Source: Leptogorgia sarmentosa
Lineage: Eukaryota
Direction of reading: 5' to 3'
NCBI GenBank assembly: GCA_964658305.1
Contig: OZ210885.1
Location: 5,022,001-5,086,000, forward strand
DNA length: 64,000 nt
The notes beneath the pieces are model-generated. The model made no database searches. It saw only the letters and a program-made list of their open reading frames with translations, and was not told the DNA's origin. Positions 13,137-27,399 of this stretch are shown here, in pieces. Position 1 is the stretch's first letter, and each line of letters opens with the position of its first letter. The translations under genes were made by a program, and so were the position numbers.

Positions 13137-14020
13137 GCCGATCACTCAGACAAATTTGCAAAATTGAATTATAACTGTCCAAACATTGCCCATCCTTTGC
13201 GAATCCATAAACATCTTTGATAATAAGAACTTCATAATTAATTAGACGACTCCTCTGAGCCAAAATAACTCCAAAAATAGAATAAAATATTTAAAAAACT
13301 TGAGAGCACAAAGTACAAGCCGGCAGCCATTTTGAAACTCTAACTGCAACAAATGACCTGAAGGCGGCCCTATCAAGAGGTGGCCCGGTCTACAATAAGA
13401 AACATTAGGGTACATGATGAAAAGATGCTGTAACCTTGCCAATGCACGATTTTAATATCATAATGAGCACTTTAGTTGCATATAATAGGGATGTAACAAA
13501 ACTTTTTCGGTCCATTTACTTACACCAGCACATGTTGTCAATGGTTGATATTCTTTAATGATATTTAGAGTATCATATGTGCAAAAAAAGAATTATCGAA
13601 CTAACTTCTCATGAGCCAAACGAAATTCTTTCCAATATCTTTACACCAGCCAAAAAAGATGGGTTAGGGTTTGAGATAAACTCTGTTAACATGACAGTTA
13701 GCCAACTGTTTGTAAGGCGGAATCCCTGAAACAGGATTGTGCCAACCTCCTTACCAATTTCAAAGCAGGAAAGCAAGTAACAATCCGTACAGTTGCACAA
13801 ATTATAGGCAAGTTAGTTTCAAGCTTTCCGGGTGTACAGTTTGGCCCTCTCTATTGGCGCAATTTGGATAAAGATAAATTGTTAATCTAATAACAAAGTT
13901 CTTAACTATTTAAAACAATTTAGTTCTATCGAGAACACACAACTATAAGACCTCACTATATGAATCTGACTACTCTACTATGTACCTTGACATATCAGAG
14001 ATGCCAAACCATGCACAAAA
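13137..14020. repeat. Composite local duplication: 13137-13571 matches 14173-14608, and 13574-14020 matches 17160-17608
   Basis: Near-identical sequence; duplicated ORF translations (MARLQHL..., MCNCTDC..., MNLTTLLC...). Confidence 0.9.
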
Positions 14021-15649
14021 TTGGTAAATCAAATCCAAGGTTAAATGAAATAGCCATGTACATTGTTACATCCATCACAGCGAACTTCGTAGGAAAAGCC
14101 AAGGAAACCACACTATGTTTCATAGACTTCGGGATTAGCAGCAACGATTTGCATTTCGATATTCGTTTAACTTGCCGATCACTCAGACAAATTTGCAAAA
14201 TTGAATTATAACTGTCCAAACATTGCCCATCCTTTGTGAATCCATAAACATCTTTGATAATAAGAACTTCATAATAAATTAGACGACTCCTCTGAGCCAA
14301 AATAACTCCAAAAATAGAATAAAATATTTTAAAAACTTGAGAGCACAAAGTACAAGCCGGCAGCCATTTTGAAACTCTAACTGCAACAAATGACCTGAAG
14401 GCAGTCCTATCAAGAGGTGGCCCGGTCTACAATAAGAAACATTAGGGTACATGATGAGGAGATGCTGTAACCTTGCCAATGCACGATTTTAATATCATAA
14501 TGAGCACTTTAGTTGCATATAATAGGGATGTAACAAAACTTTTTCGGTCCATTTACTTACACCAGCACATGTTGTCAATGGTTGATATTCTTTAATGATA
14601 TTTAGAGTCACCTGACTCAAAATGCCCTTTCTCCGTATTTGATAGGTTGACTTCATTAGCTCCCTTAGTTTTGCTTTTTGCTCTGAAATTCCTACCCCAC
14701 GCCTTGTATGCCTATGTACATCATGGCATTGCACATGGCACAGGATGGTATGGTATAGATGGTGTGTGCCTAATTCATTCATTACATACCAAGCCACTTC
14801 CTATTGTATCGTTGAAGTGAGGATATTGTAAAATAATTTTCAAAGCAATCGCTTTCGTTCGCGTTCTCGCTTTCTCATGAAGTTCACCCTTCCTGGCAAA
14901 TGGTCAGAGCACATGTCACGAATTAACTCGTTTCGTAAGGTCGACGTCAATTTCTTTGTTGCCAACCCATGCATCACCGCCGGGGAAAACTAAAAACCAG
15001 ATATATAACAACTTAATGGATGTGTTGCCATTGCTAGCATATACTAGTTCATTATAGTGCATGAATAAATAAGCTTCAATTTATTTTATTTTGGTAACAT
15101 TACCATAACAGCACCGCGACATGCAGGGGCAAAATAGGGCTTGATATGAATGTGCCAAAAACTAGCCACACATATTCTCTTTAGGCTGAAGCATGTGCAT
15201 GACGTGGGTATAGGCTGGAAACATTTGACCTGTTATACAACATATGTCTTAGGTATACGGAATATTACCTTAATGTTTTAAATGTTAAACTGGTCAAGCA
15301 CATCTCTGTTTATACTTTCTTCGGAAACAAAAACTGGTGGACATGCTGGCAGAGTTGGAAACGGTGTTGACGTCTGATTACTTGGTTGTGGGGTGTGGCA
15401 TGTTACGACACTCTCAAGCATTTCATCTTTGTTTTCACTATTGCCAGCTACCAAAGGCATGCACTGTTGAGTCTGCAGAATATTAATTTTGAAAGCATTG
15501 CATGAGTATCAACTAGTACAAAACATGACAAACTTTATTCTAAACTTTGTATTTAATCTGAACTTTAAAAAACTATGATATGAAAACCACCACCTTTACA
15601 TTTTACATTTTTATGAACATAACAAATGTTTAATTCATAGTATATATAT

Positions 15650-15920
15650 TTATAAAATTACGTATAAAATTGTCGCCAAAATGTTTGCCATCTGACTACT
15701 TATTAACATTTCCTTCACTGCTGACACGCAAACTGGTCTTTGTGATGGACAACTATGAAGGCACTTTTTAAATATCGACTTCATGTCCTTTTTCCGAAGA
15801 CAGTGTTTTAGACACCTCAACATCCAACCAAAAGAATAGACGTCACTCTGGATAGACTTCTGTAAGTTTTGTTTGTACAACTCTGGTGCAATGTGGGGGT
15901 AATTGACTTTGTATTTCTGA
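15650..15920 (-). pseudogene. Protein kinase C-lobe fragment
   Basis: YPHIAPEL, SDVYSFG and ..P..RP resemble kinase subdomains VIII, IX and XI. Confidence 0.5.
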
Positions 15921-16249
15921 GCGGGTGGGGAAGGGAGTCCCCCCCCCCCAAAAAAAAATCCTGGATTTAAAAAACCCATTAAAGCCGTACCTCAGTCAAC
16001 AATTTTTCATTTGTATACCAAACTAAAAGGCGAGTTTGGACTCCGAAATGGTCATTTCTGGCAATCTACAGACACTAGATGCTCAACGCCTTGTGAGTTG
16101 TGATGCCTGGGGTTTTGGTCCCCCCATTGTTTTAAATGTTCGTGCATGCATGGTTTATTGTTAAGTTTTAAGATAATTTTTTTATTTGAAGTTTTCTGAC
16201 TCTTCGATCTCGTCCTCAATCTCCCCTTCGATCTCACTCTGGCCACTAA

Positions 16250-18100
16250 GAATGTCGATGATCTGATCGTCCAGATCCTTCAATGTCTTTAACTTCCCTT
16301 CTGTCTTTTGCCAAGTCCGTCATTCCCCTTCGCTATCAGACTCAATTCGGACAAGGTTTTTCAAACTTTACCAGCGGTCGCCAACCAGTGCTTGTGGAGT
16401 TCATTGACCAGACAGGATGTGAATGAATTGAAAAGATGAGATCACACAGTTATGGCGACAACCAATGCAGCTGCTTCGCCCAGAACACGCAAAACATGAC
16501 AAACGCCCAGCTACCCTGTTGTTTGCCACATGACCTTTACTCTCAAAATATGGGCTAAGCTGCCTTTCTAACAACAGCGCTCCAATTTAAATGTTTCAAA
16601 AATATAAGAGGCAATTCGGCAAGCATCGTTAATTTCCATTAAAACAGCTGATGCTTTGCAGCTTGAAAAACATCAATATCAAACAGCTCAACAAGTCGAT
16701 TCAATAGCTTTGCTAGGGCATATCAGTCATTAACTCGCATGCCTTCGCAGACACAAAATGAAGGCTGTTCTGAAACGTGAATATGCCCCGGTTAGGTTAA
16801 AGGATGCGAAAGAAACAAGCAATGTTGGTCAGGCTGTGAAATCATCGAGAAGCCAACACTCAAATAGCATATTTCGTTAAAAGAACGCAGACAGCCGCAA
16901 GAAGAAAGAGCCACTCCTCTTATGAGATGACACGTCAGGATTATTTTCGGCTCGGCAGACCATCGCACCATAACAAGAAATGAGGTGCGAGAAACCAAAT
17001 GACACAAAAGAAATAATACAACAGATGGAAAATAACAAATCTTTGGTGAGTGATTTGGGCACAATTTCTCCCAGTTTTGCAAGTGCATTTAGGCAAGCTT
17101 TGTGTAACTTCCAAAGCTAGTTGAATTTCTAAAGCAAGATAATTGATAAGGAAATTTGACATATGTGCAAAAAAGAATTATCGAACTAACTTCTCATGAG
17201 CCAAACGAAATTCTTTCCAATATCTTTACACAAGCCAAAAAAGATGGGTTAGGGTTTGAGATAAACTCTGTTGACATGACAGTTAGCCAACTGTTTGTAA
17301 GCCGGAATCCCTGAAACAGGATTGTGCCAACCTCCTTACCAATTTCATAGCAGGAAAGCAAGTAACAATCCGTACAGTTGCACAAATTATAGGCAAGTTA
17401 GTTTCAAGCTTTCCGGGTGTACAGTTTGGCCCTCTCTATTGGCGCAATTTGGATAAAGATAAATTGTTAATCTAATAACAAAGTTCTTAACTATTTAAAA
17501 CAATTTAGTTCTATCGAGAACACACAACTATAAGACCTCACTATATGAATCTGACTACTCTACTATGTACCTTGACGGATCAGAGATGCCAAACCATGCG
17601 CAAAATTGATGTGGATTTTGTTCAATTTCAACAGGACGGTTGTATTATAACAATTAAAGATATCCTCAAGCATACGAGAGCAGGCAAACACCAGCCACCA
17701 CTATGTCTTGCTGCATATCCTCAGGACAAGTGACTGTGCATAGTCCAACACTTGCTGGAATACTTGAAACGAACGCTGAACATTTGTAAAGACCAAACCC
17801 AGTTATTGATCGGCCTCAATAAACCGCATCATGCAGTTAATAAAGATACTATAGGGAGATGGGTAAAGACAACATTAAAAATTGGAATTGACACTGAAGA
17901 GTTCCCTAGTCACAGCACTCGAGCAGCGTCTACTACTTGTGCGAAATCGGCAAGGATTGAATTTACAACAAATTATGTCAGCTGCAGGGTGGTCAAATTT
18001 GTTAATGTTTGCAAACTTGAGGACTGTTCGGCGATTCACACACGCATATTGTTTGACTCCTTCGTTCCTGACTGATGACTAATAGAATTCCAATCAATCT
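16250..18100 (+). mobile_element. DIRS1-type retrotransposon remnant (gag-like part and tyrosine recombinase)
   Basis: YR motifs LT.QRCQT, LKHTRAG, HSTRAAST and IMSAAGWS in 17545-18082, with stops and frameshifts; left boundary approximate. Confidence 0.7.
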
Positions 18101-18681
18101 TCAACTTAAAGTAAGTTTTGTTTAATTTTAGAATCATATAAGTTGTGTTACAAATATAAGTCTATGTACAGCAATCATTTGCAATCTACTACAATCAAAT
18201 TCAACGTTCTGCGTTTCTCTTGGCACAAACAACCTATTTCAGCTGCCAATGCGCGCGTTCCAGCATAAGCTATTTAACATTATTCAGTTTATTTCATTCC
18301 CTATGTGTGTATCCGTACAAACAACTTTTTACTTGGCACAAACAACATGTTTTTAACCACTGCTAATTAATCTCCTTTTTGCATCTGCACGTGCAATGAC
18401 CCAGATATATTGCTATTGTGTTGTGTGTGTGTTAATGTGTTTGTGTGTGTGTGGAAATGTTAAACACTAGGCCAAAGCAAGTTATTGTGGGCTAAATATT
18501 ACAATGTGGCAGCTGATATAGGCGCGAGCTAAAGAGTGGTGGTGTTTGATGGTGGATTTTATTTCACATGAATAGCCAGATGAAGTGAAAATATAATGGC
18601 CGCAGCGACGAGTGTTTTCACAGAAATAGAGGTTGATTTATGAGTGTTTACGCCGTTTAGAACGCTATTTACCAAGGAAAT

Positions 18682-19830
18682 TTATACGCAAAAATTGTAC
18701 GTTGGTATAGCTTTTAAAGATATGTACATGGCCGCATTCATACTTTTTGAATCTAATTCATGTGATAGGATGAAAAGCAGTTTTTTTTTCCCACACACCA
18801 AGCACAGATAAACTTTGCATTTAGAGCAAGTCCAGCAGAAACTGTAGCGAGTTGGGCAGTATCGGCATCTTCCTTTCTTTTCCAGCGACACTGCAAGTGA
18901 CCAACATTGTTGTATCTTATATCAAGCTCTTGGCAAGGGTCGACTCGAAACTTCTTCGCAGGTACTGGGGACTGAAGTGATGGACAATCACAAGCAACCT
19001 TTCCTTGGCAAGGAGGTAGCGGCTTGGATTTGGAATTCCTTCATCTGCAATGGTTTGTTGTTCTTCAGGGACTTTGATTCCTGGCAATACAAGAACCAGG
19101 CATTTGTGATTTCCATTGTGAGGGAATGCATTCACCCCCATTCCTGTGCCTTTCCCTTGGTAGACATCAAAGGTGTGGAGAAAACCAGTGGATGAACAAC
19201 GACCCCAAAGCTTGATTCCCCACTTTTTGGGGCAGGTACATTTTTAGGATAGAGCGCCCTTTGAAAGATACCATGATTTCATCAACTAATTGATAGTCAT
19301 CAGGACTCACAGTCAGAGAGTTAGTCTGCAGATTTTCAATCCACGGTCGTAATTGCCACACACTATGAAGCTTATTGTGTGACATCCTGTCTGCAATTTG
19401 GGCATAGCGTAAATCAAACCTCCAATAGTCATCAATGTTTTGAAGTCTGACAATTCCCATCAAATAATACAGCTCAGTTTTAGTAAAGTTTGGGCATGAC
19501 TCGGTCGTTTCGGTTGCATACTTGTTGGACTCCAGCACTAAGTTTTCAATCATGTCATCTGTCAAAAACATGTTGACATACTCTACAGGGATCCGATCAT
19601 CAGGTGTTGGCATCTCTGGTCCGGGTATAAAAGGTGGTAGCTGTGGTGGCACAAACTGTCGCCTTGTTTCCAACTTGCACTTTTTTTTTGGACTTCTTTG
19701 TCTTTCGATTAGAGGTACATCATAATCATATTATCACATTCATCATCACCAACATCATCTTCATCAACATCATCTCCAACTCCTTCATTACCTTCCAACT
19801 TCCACAGGTCATCATCATCTCCTGATGACA
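18682..19830 (-). pseudogene. piggyBac (PGBD-like) transposase, degraded
   Basis: Acidic N-terminus, VDEIMVSFKGRS..KMYLP and C-terminal Cys-rich domain GRCRYC..CSKCKVYLC. Confidence 0.75.
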
Positions 19831-20559
19831 GAACATCACTTTCGCTATGATATGAAGATTTGCACCCTACGCTACAATCTAAAATTGCTTTTAAATCTCC
19901 TACAGATTAGAACATCATAAATCTAACTTCGTCAGTGATGGAGAATATCCCTGATAATCATTGTGCAAAATCTTGTCGTGATGTGATACGAACTGGTGGA
20001 GCCTTAGTAGTTTTAACCTGCTTGGGTTATTATGCAACTAATTTTGATTATTGTGAATGCTGATATTACTACGGGCCAGTACAGCACAATTTAAAATCAC
20101 TTGTCAATTTCTTCAAAATGAAAAAAAAATCAAAAATCTAACTCCGTCAGTCAATGGGGAATATCCCTTAGAATCGCCATGTGAAGTCTCTTGCAATTTG
20201 ATGGAGCCTTGAGGTTTTTCAAAGAGGCATCTGCCCCTAACAGCAAGATTAGCAGTGTTTGGGGACCAGTTCCTGGTACAAAAACATGTTCCATTATATT
20301 TTTCTTAACAAATCCCAAATGTCCTTGATTTATCAACAAAACCTGTTGTCCTCGATTTATCGAGAAAATCCACTCTCTAATGTTTCGTTGGAACCAAGAC
20401 AACCAGTTAGCAAAAATTTACACAAGTATAGATTAAAGAAGTCTCGCAAATCGTATTATTTAAATTATATTAAACAAACCATTTGATCTAAATAAACAAA
20501 TTAATACAAGAAATAATTAAAGTGAGCATGCATATAAACCCGATGAAATTCATACCTGT

Positions 20560-23265
20560 GACATAAAATAACCCTTGCAATATAATTTAACAATCTATAC
20601 TTTCACAATGTCTTCTTTCCACTATGCGTCATGTTCCCTAATGTTAATTGACGTGATCAAAGTTCAATTACGCACGCATGTGCATATCATGCATATGCAT
20701 TGTCAATCCACTCCCCCCCCCCCCCTTGAACCACTACGATGTCATCCACTCATACATTTCGTCTTTCATTTATCCACTTCTTTCTGGGAACTAGAGTAGG
20801 AAATACAGTACTGTGCAAAAGTTATAGGCACCTCGTGAAAAAGCATTTGACGCCATCTTATTCTAAACTTATACGATAAGTTTACAATAAGATGGCGTCA
20901 AATGCTTTTTCACTAGGTGCCTATAACTTTTGCACAGTACTGTACATCTCTGCTCCAAGGCTTCCAAAAACCATCAATTATCTTCTGGACAAATTCAACA
21001 TGATGACGAGGAATCATTGTCTCTCTGAATAGGCCTTGTGGTACCATCGTTGATGCTCGACCAAGTAGAATGTCGTTGGGACAAAGGAAACAGCCGTCAA
21101 AGGCAATCACGCTGCTGTCATTTTGTCGCTCTCTGATCCATCCTCCGCCCCCATAAAGGGATCTCTTTGTCTTCATTCGTTTACACCCTCCGCTGGGTGG
21201 ATGACTGCTATCTTTTGGTCTGGAATACTCTCCTGACACCGTTCGTACTTTAATATTCCTAACTTTCTGATCTTGTCCCGGGTAAACTTCTATCACACGT
21301 CCGACTTTCCCCTGATCGCCGTCCCATCTTGCACAATCACAATATCATTCACTTGCACGTTCTGTTTCTCCGAGTTCCATTTCATGTTTTTCAATTTTAT
21401 GTATTCACGCTCAACCTCAGCTGGATCCGGTTTTTCTTCCTTTTTTCGGCCATTCGTTCATTGGTTGCCGCAAGAATTCTGGACCGCTCAATCAGCGCCC
21501 TGATAGATCTGGAACAGATAACCCACGGGATACATCAACGGCTGGATTTTGTTCAGTTGGGATGTGTTTCCATTAGACTGGATTCACGTTGCTTCGAATC
21601 TCTCCCACTCGACTAGCAACGAATGGTTTCAAACGCTTTCCGTTGTTTTTTATCCAAGCCAATACGATCGCGCTGTCTGTAAACAGGATACTTTCCTGGA
21701 GCTCGATCCGGATTTCTTGCTCAATAGCTTTGCACAATCGGCTCGCCAACACAGCTGCTTGGAGTTCAAAACGAGGAATGGTTAACTCTTTCAGTGGGGC
21801 CACTCTGGATTTGGCTGCGATGAACTTTACATTTACATCTCCTGAGGTGGTTTTACTTCTAAGATACGCACACGTTCCAAACGCCCCTCGCGATGCATCT
21901 GCGAACACACAGAGAATTGGTGCCTCTACTATATTTCGTGGACAAATATATCTTTCGAACGACACCTCATTCAGCTGCTTCATTTCTTCAAACAGGACAA
22001 CAATTTCTTCTGAATATTGGCAGCAAGTACGTCATCCCAGTCTACACCTTCTTCCCACAGCTCCTGGAGACTTATCTTCGCTCTCACGAGGAATGGCGCA
22101 GCAGAACCAATTGGATCGTATATTCGAGCGATTTGGCTGCGTATCTTCTGTTTTGTAAGATCAGTGACACTGGATTTCACAGCTTCAACTTATACTTCAG
22201 GACATCTTCTGCGCAATCCCAGGAAACACCAAGCACTTTCGCGTCATTTTGACTTTGGGGTACTTTTACCTCATTTATATCTGTGTTGTGCTGTTCGAGA
22301 TTTTGTTCAATCGCCATCCTTTCACTTCGAACCCACCTGTCTTGAGAATTTTGTCTACGCCATTTGTTAGTTTCTTGGCTCCTTCCTTCGTGTTCACTGA
22401 GTCAAGGATGTCGTCCATGTACGTGTTGTCCTGATGGTTCGTGCCGCTTCCGGGTTGCTGCTCTTTCCTTCCTCTGCGTTCCTTTGCAAGGCTATCTGAG
22501 CCATGGCTGGCGCAGGCTTGTCCCCGAACGTCAAAACATTCATCAGGTAAATGTCCAGTGGTCTGTCCATTTCTAGATTTCTCCAAAGAAATCTATGTAC
22601 GTGTCTGTCCTCCTTAGGAATGAGAACTCGGTGACACATCTTCGAGATGTCCGCGGTTACAGCGACCTCATTTTCTCTGAAGCGTAGTATGACTCCGAAA
22701 AGATCGTTCAATAAATCGGGTCCCTTTTGCCAATATTCATTGAGTACATGCATGGCCTTGATATGCGGATGATGAGTTAAAGACTATATGCACAGGTGTG
22801 CTTGCACTGTCAAGTCTATGAACAGCGTGGTGCGAAATATAATGAACTGGGCCCTTGTACTCTTCAATTTCCTTTGCTGTCAACTTGCTCGCAAAGTTCA
22901 TTTCCTCCATCTCCATCATTTTACTATTATAGGTGGCAGATTCGTTGGGTTTTCAACAGTCGGTGTTCGGTTGATTCTAGGCGCATAACTGCTTGTTCTT
23001 TATTGTCAGGTAGCTCGGTGGGATTTCTTTTCCACGGATAGGGGATCATCCATTGCTCTCCAACTTTTCTGGCCGACTGTTTGATCATCAGCTTTTCTTC
23101 TCGATCCTCCTGACTCGACTTGTTCGCCTCGCACACACAAGGTTCAACTTGGACACCCATTGCTTCTGTGGTCCAAAATTCAGAGAGATCCACTGGAGAA
23201 GTTGTTTTCACGTGTAGAACAGTGGTTGTCACATTATTTAGATCACCAGTTGTGGAACCAAATGG
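20560..23265 (-). mobile_element. BEL/Pao pol remnant (RT, RNase H, integrase C-terminus) with deletions
   Basis: KGPDLLNDL, ADISKM, TFGDKPAP, YMDD, YDPIG, FADAS..AFG, KSRVAPLK..TIPR.ELQAA, FTDS, PNDILLGR. Confidence 0.88.
20806..20942. mobile_element. Tc1/mariner-type foldback MITE, 137 bp, TA TSD
   Basis: ta|cagtactgtgcaaaagttataggcacc ... ggtgcctataacttttgcacagtactg|ta; removing it restores the BEL frame WSRDV-FPTLVPRKKW. Confidence 0.88.
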
Positions 23266-25720
23266 AAACTGGAAACTGTGGCTGCTGTAATGCCCAGTAA
23301 TTCCGGCATCGCGGAGCAAACCTCGGAAACGGTCTGTGAATTACGCCCGCCTTAGGGGAGCACCATTTGCCCCAACGAATAGAGGGCCAACGCTCCCACC
23401 CTGCAACGCTAAGTACGTCAGCATCGACTTGATGGGGCACAAGTGGGGGAGACCCAATCCCAATGTGATGATACAGCCCTGATGAAAAGGGTCAGTCTTG
23501 GAAACTTTGATGTTGACTTGTATCCGGGATGGTGGCACGCCTTGGTCAGTTAAACATTGACTGAAAGATGTGGAGAAAAGGCATTGGCGTTAGGTACGGT
23601 AAACTCGGAGGAACGAAGGAAGGCAAGTATGCTAGACAGCAGGCTGCCCAAAACATAACGTCGCCGTACGTGCACAAATCGAGATGAAGCGGAATGCCGC
23701 GAAGTATAGCGGGGGTGACCGGTAATCGAGTATCCGAGGAAGGTCCCTGATGCCCTTCAACACACGTTGTAGACGTAAACAGCCACTCTGCCGATAAATA
23801 AACTTTTATAGAGGCTGCCTTTGAATCATTGGCAAACCACGTCGCAAAGAGACATAACGTCCACTCGTCGGCGGGAAACGAGGAACCAGTGTTCGACTTC
23901 CGGTTTGCCAACTGGCAAAAAACGTAAAAAGGAATGCTGGCCTGAAGAGTAAGTCTGATGGGTTGATGAAGCCAAACCATGCCACAGATACAGCTCGCAT
24001 TGAGCACCTAAATTTTTGAACGTAAATTGTGCAGAATCGCGTCAGGAATTGGAGTAGGAAACGGGGACGAGTCGGGTGCTAGTCGTCGGAACAACGCCAA
24101 CTAAAACGAGAAAGCGCGTCAGCCAAAAACAAACCCTTCGGTTGCTCCACTGGCCACCCCACAACAAATGCGCTGCAATCACGACCGGAAAGATTTCCTT
24201 GTATGCAATGGACAACGGCATCTGACTTGCCATCCATTGTTGGTTGAACCACGGCTGTCGGTATGATGTGCCGTAACCAATAGAACCCGCTGCATCTGAC
24301 GTAACAAACAAATCAGCCACAGGAAAAAGCCCTGGCACCAGGAAGAAATTCGTCCCATTCAACTCGTCGATAAACTGAACCCACCACCGGAGGTCCAACC
24401 GGAATTGGACATTAAGACGAATGGGATAATTCCGGCTCCGAAACACACACAGCAAATTAATCATTCGACGTAAAAAAGTACGGCCGGGCCAGACGACGAG
24501 GCAGGCATGATGGAGTTTACCAATTACTGATTCAAGTTCCACGCGCGTGCACCATTTCCTTGATTGCCACACCCCGCCAGGACCAGCTTGAGTTCCTGCA
24601 ATTTCTGCGGCAGCAGTCGGTTTGCGAAATATTTAGGTATTGAGTTCAATCCCCAATACAGGTAAACACGTCGACTTTTATCCGGATGCAAGGGGACCAC
24701 CAAACGCTGGCAAACTGACGAGGCAATGGCTAAATTCTGGTAGCAGTTCGGACGTCCTTGAGGGCCAGCAGTGATATAATCATCGAGGTAATGCTGAAGA
24801 TCCCAGATCGAGTAGTTGTTGCGGAGGATCCATTCCACCAACTCTGCTATCGAGTTGAAGATAAACAGTGCCGATCGCAACCCGAACTGTAAGACCAGAT
24901 CAACAAAATATTGACCACATCACCTCATGCCCAAGAGATACCGTTGGGAGGGTAGGACGGCAACATTACGGTACGCGCTTTTAACATCGAACTTTGCCAT
25001 TAACGCCCTCCATACCATGATGGGTGACCATGGCAACGACATCGTCGAATCGATTGTATTGAAGGGAGAAGGAGCTCGGATCAATGCCATCGTTGACACT
25101 GCCGCCCTGCGGAGACGACAAGTCCAAAATTAAACGCCATTTTCCTGGTTGACCAGCCTTCGGAATGACCCCAAACCCAGTTGTGCGTAACTTGGGCAAG
25201 GGGGGTCGACGACCCTCTGGGACCCAACACCCGACCCACACTGACTTCGTGACGTAAATACGTGTCGACAACCTCTGGGTGCTGATACGCTGACGCCTTG
25301 TTCTTGCGGATAGAAGGGGGGGGGGGGGGAAGAGGGGGAAAACCAATGTGGAACCCCTGAGTAAGGCCACGCAGTACATAGTCCACTTTGGCGCGATCTG
25401 GATGGGAGTGGACCTCCGCGGACTCTCGTACGGTAAGAGGGGAGACCATGGACACGGATGGCATTAAACCTAAACGTATGACGACGAAACATATAGCGCC
25501 TGAGCAACGAAGCGTGGGGGTATCCCACAATCGAACCAACAACAACAGGCAATCACCCTGCATTCCGCCAAAATCCCCCCAGCATGCTGCCCCAACCTAT
25601 AGTAGAACCAGCATAGATTCCTGCCATGCACAAACATGGTAGGAAGTACCATGAAGACAATCAAGAGTATCCTGTACGTGAGGGACGGGATGAGAATCCC
25701 TACGGGTGACGTTATTTAAT
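23266..25720 (-). mobile_element. DIRS/Ngaro-type YR retrotransposon (RT, RNase H, YR), degraded
   Basis: GVIPK..PGKWRLILDLSSP, HYLDD, TSDAAGSIGYG, IAYKE.FP, RLPVT, SKTDPF, SSHSF. Confidence 0.85.
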
Positions 25721-25725
25721 TTGCA

Positions 25726-27340
25726 TTAATCGACGAAGAATCGCTCGCTACCATCTTTTTTCTTAACTACTACTACCAGTGCTGCCCAAGGGCTTATTGA
25801 TGGTTGAATAGTGCCTTGCTCGAGCATCTTGTCAACGTGCTCATTGATGCGGTTTCGGACTGAAGGCGACACCCTGTACGGTTGTTGAAAGATCGGTTGG
25901 GCGTCTCCTGTATCGATATGATGTTGAACTAATGAGGTGTGACCTAACTCCTGATCAGTAGCTGCAAACACATCGGCCTTGTGGGTGTCAATAACAGATA
26001 CGGCAGGCGGTTGTTGGTATAGACCAATTTGTCCGAGATTAGTCCGGCGGTATAGAGTAACAAGCTGTAAAGTTGGATTGATGATGCGAAATGGAATGTT
26101 ATTTTCAGCTATGGTAACAAGTGCCGTTGCGCCGCAAAGATTGTATCATTCCCCTAACTTTGGATCAGATTCTACGAGACCAATTCGATTTGGAGCCGAC
26201 GCAGTTATCGAGGAATCATTGAGCATTGCAGGCAGAACGGACTTAGAAAAAGGCGGTAGGATACATGTCAGAAATGCGTGGATTGAATAGGACATATCAG
26301 GCATGGAGCAGTGGCGTAGCCAGACCTTCATTTTTGGGGGGGCGAAGCAAACGCGGAAGGCGCGATGGCATCTAGGGGGGTCCGGGGGATTGTCCCCCGG
26401 GAAAATTTTGAAATCTGGAGTCCCTCAATGGCGATTTAGCGTGTTTCTGGGGTGAGATTTGTGAAAATGTTTGGATTGAGCTTGGTAGTCACATGGGTAG
26501 TCATCGTCCCCCCTTATTTCTACCCGGATTTCATCTTTTTACGGCGCAGTCCTTCAGCCTATTGGGGGGGCTGAGCCCCCCCGTGCCCCCCCTTATCTAT
26601 GCCACTGGCATGGAGCAAGGCGGTGGCGTATCAGTGGGTGGTGGTAACTCTAATATATCCGAATCGAAGTTAACAGTAGAGATAAGGTAAGCCAAAAAGT
26701 CTGCTCCAGAATTATGTCATATGCCAGGTTTTGGACAATGTGCGAATAAAAGGAGTAAATAGACTCACCAACCTGGAATGGGATCAAAGCTAACCCTTCA
26801 ACTGGTACAATTTCACCATTAACAGTTTTGATGGATTGGACTGCTAACTTATCCGGAGGGTGTTTGATAAGACTTGGCAGTTGCTTAAAGAATGCTAAAT
26901 TTATGGTTGTTATAGCAGCACCAGTATCACATAAAAAAGATGTAGGACGATCACAAATTTTGCCTGGTATAAAAGGGCACTGATTACTTGTTTAAAATGT
27001 ACTGCATTAGTGGCTGAAATTCGTGGTGAGGAACATCAGCTGTCACAGGACTAGGATATACAAGTCCCTCTAAATCAGAGTTTAAAAAATTTGTGTCCTG
27101 CTTTGGCTGTTGTGCTTCATCAGATTAATTATTTAGATCAACCCAATTGTCATAGACAGGGACTTTTACTGAACATTGTAAGTGCGAAAATACCCCCTTA
27201 GCTTTATCTTCAGTTTCATGTGACATTATAAACCAGAGCTGAAACCAGAGCACGTTGCGCTCACGAAAACGATTGCACCTCACGCTCAGTCGTGCGCGGA
27301 CGATCGGAGCAATTCGTGCGAATGTCCGGTACACGCTATA
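25726..27340 (-). mobile_element. Ty3/Gypsy gag-protease-RT N-terminal remnant
   Basis: HHIDTGDAQPIFQQPYRVSP...SPWA..VVVKKKDG..RFFVD; protease-like DTGAA near 26915-26930. Confidence 0.75.
26309..26607. mobile_element. hAT-type MITE with 8-bp TSD
   Basis: gcatggag|cagtggcgta ... tatgccactg|gcatggag. Confidence 0.85.
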
Positions 27341-27399
27341 CTATAGTAGGTAAGACGTCGAAGTAAACAATAACACACGGAGTCGAGTCGATTTTTTAG

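Noticed and set aside
15650..15979. Functional host kinase gene
   Set aside because: Only a C-lobe fragment with no N-lobe, HRD or DFG motifs nearby; kept as a pseudogene fragment.
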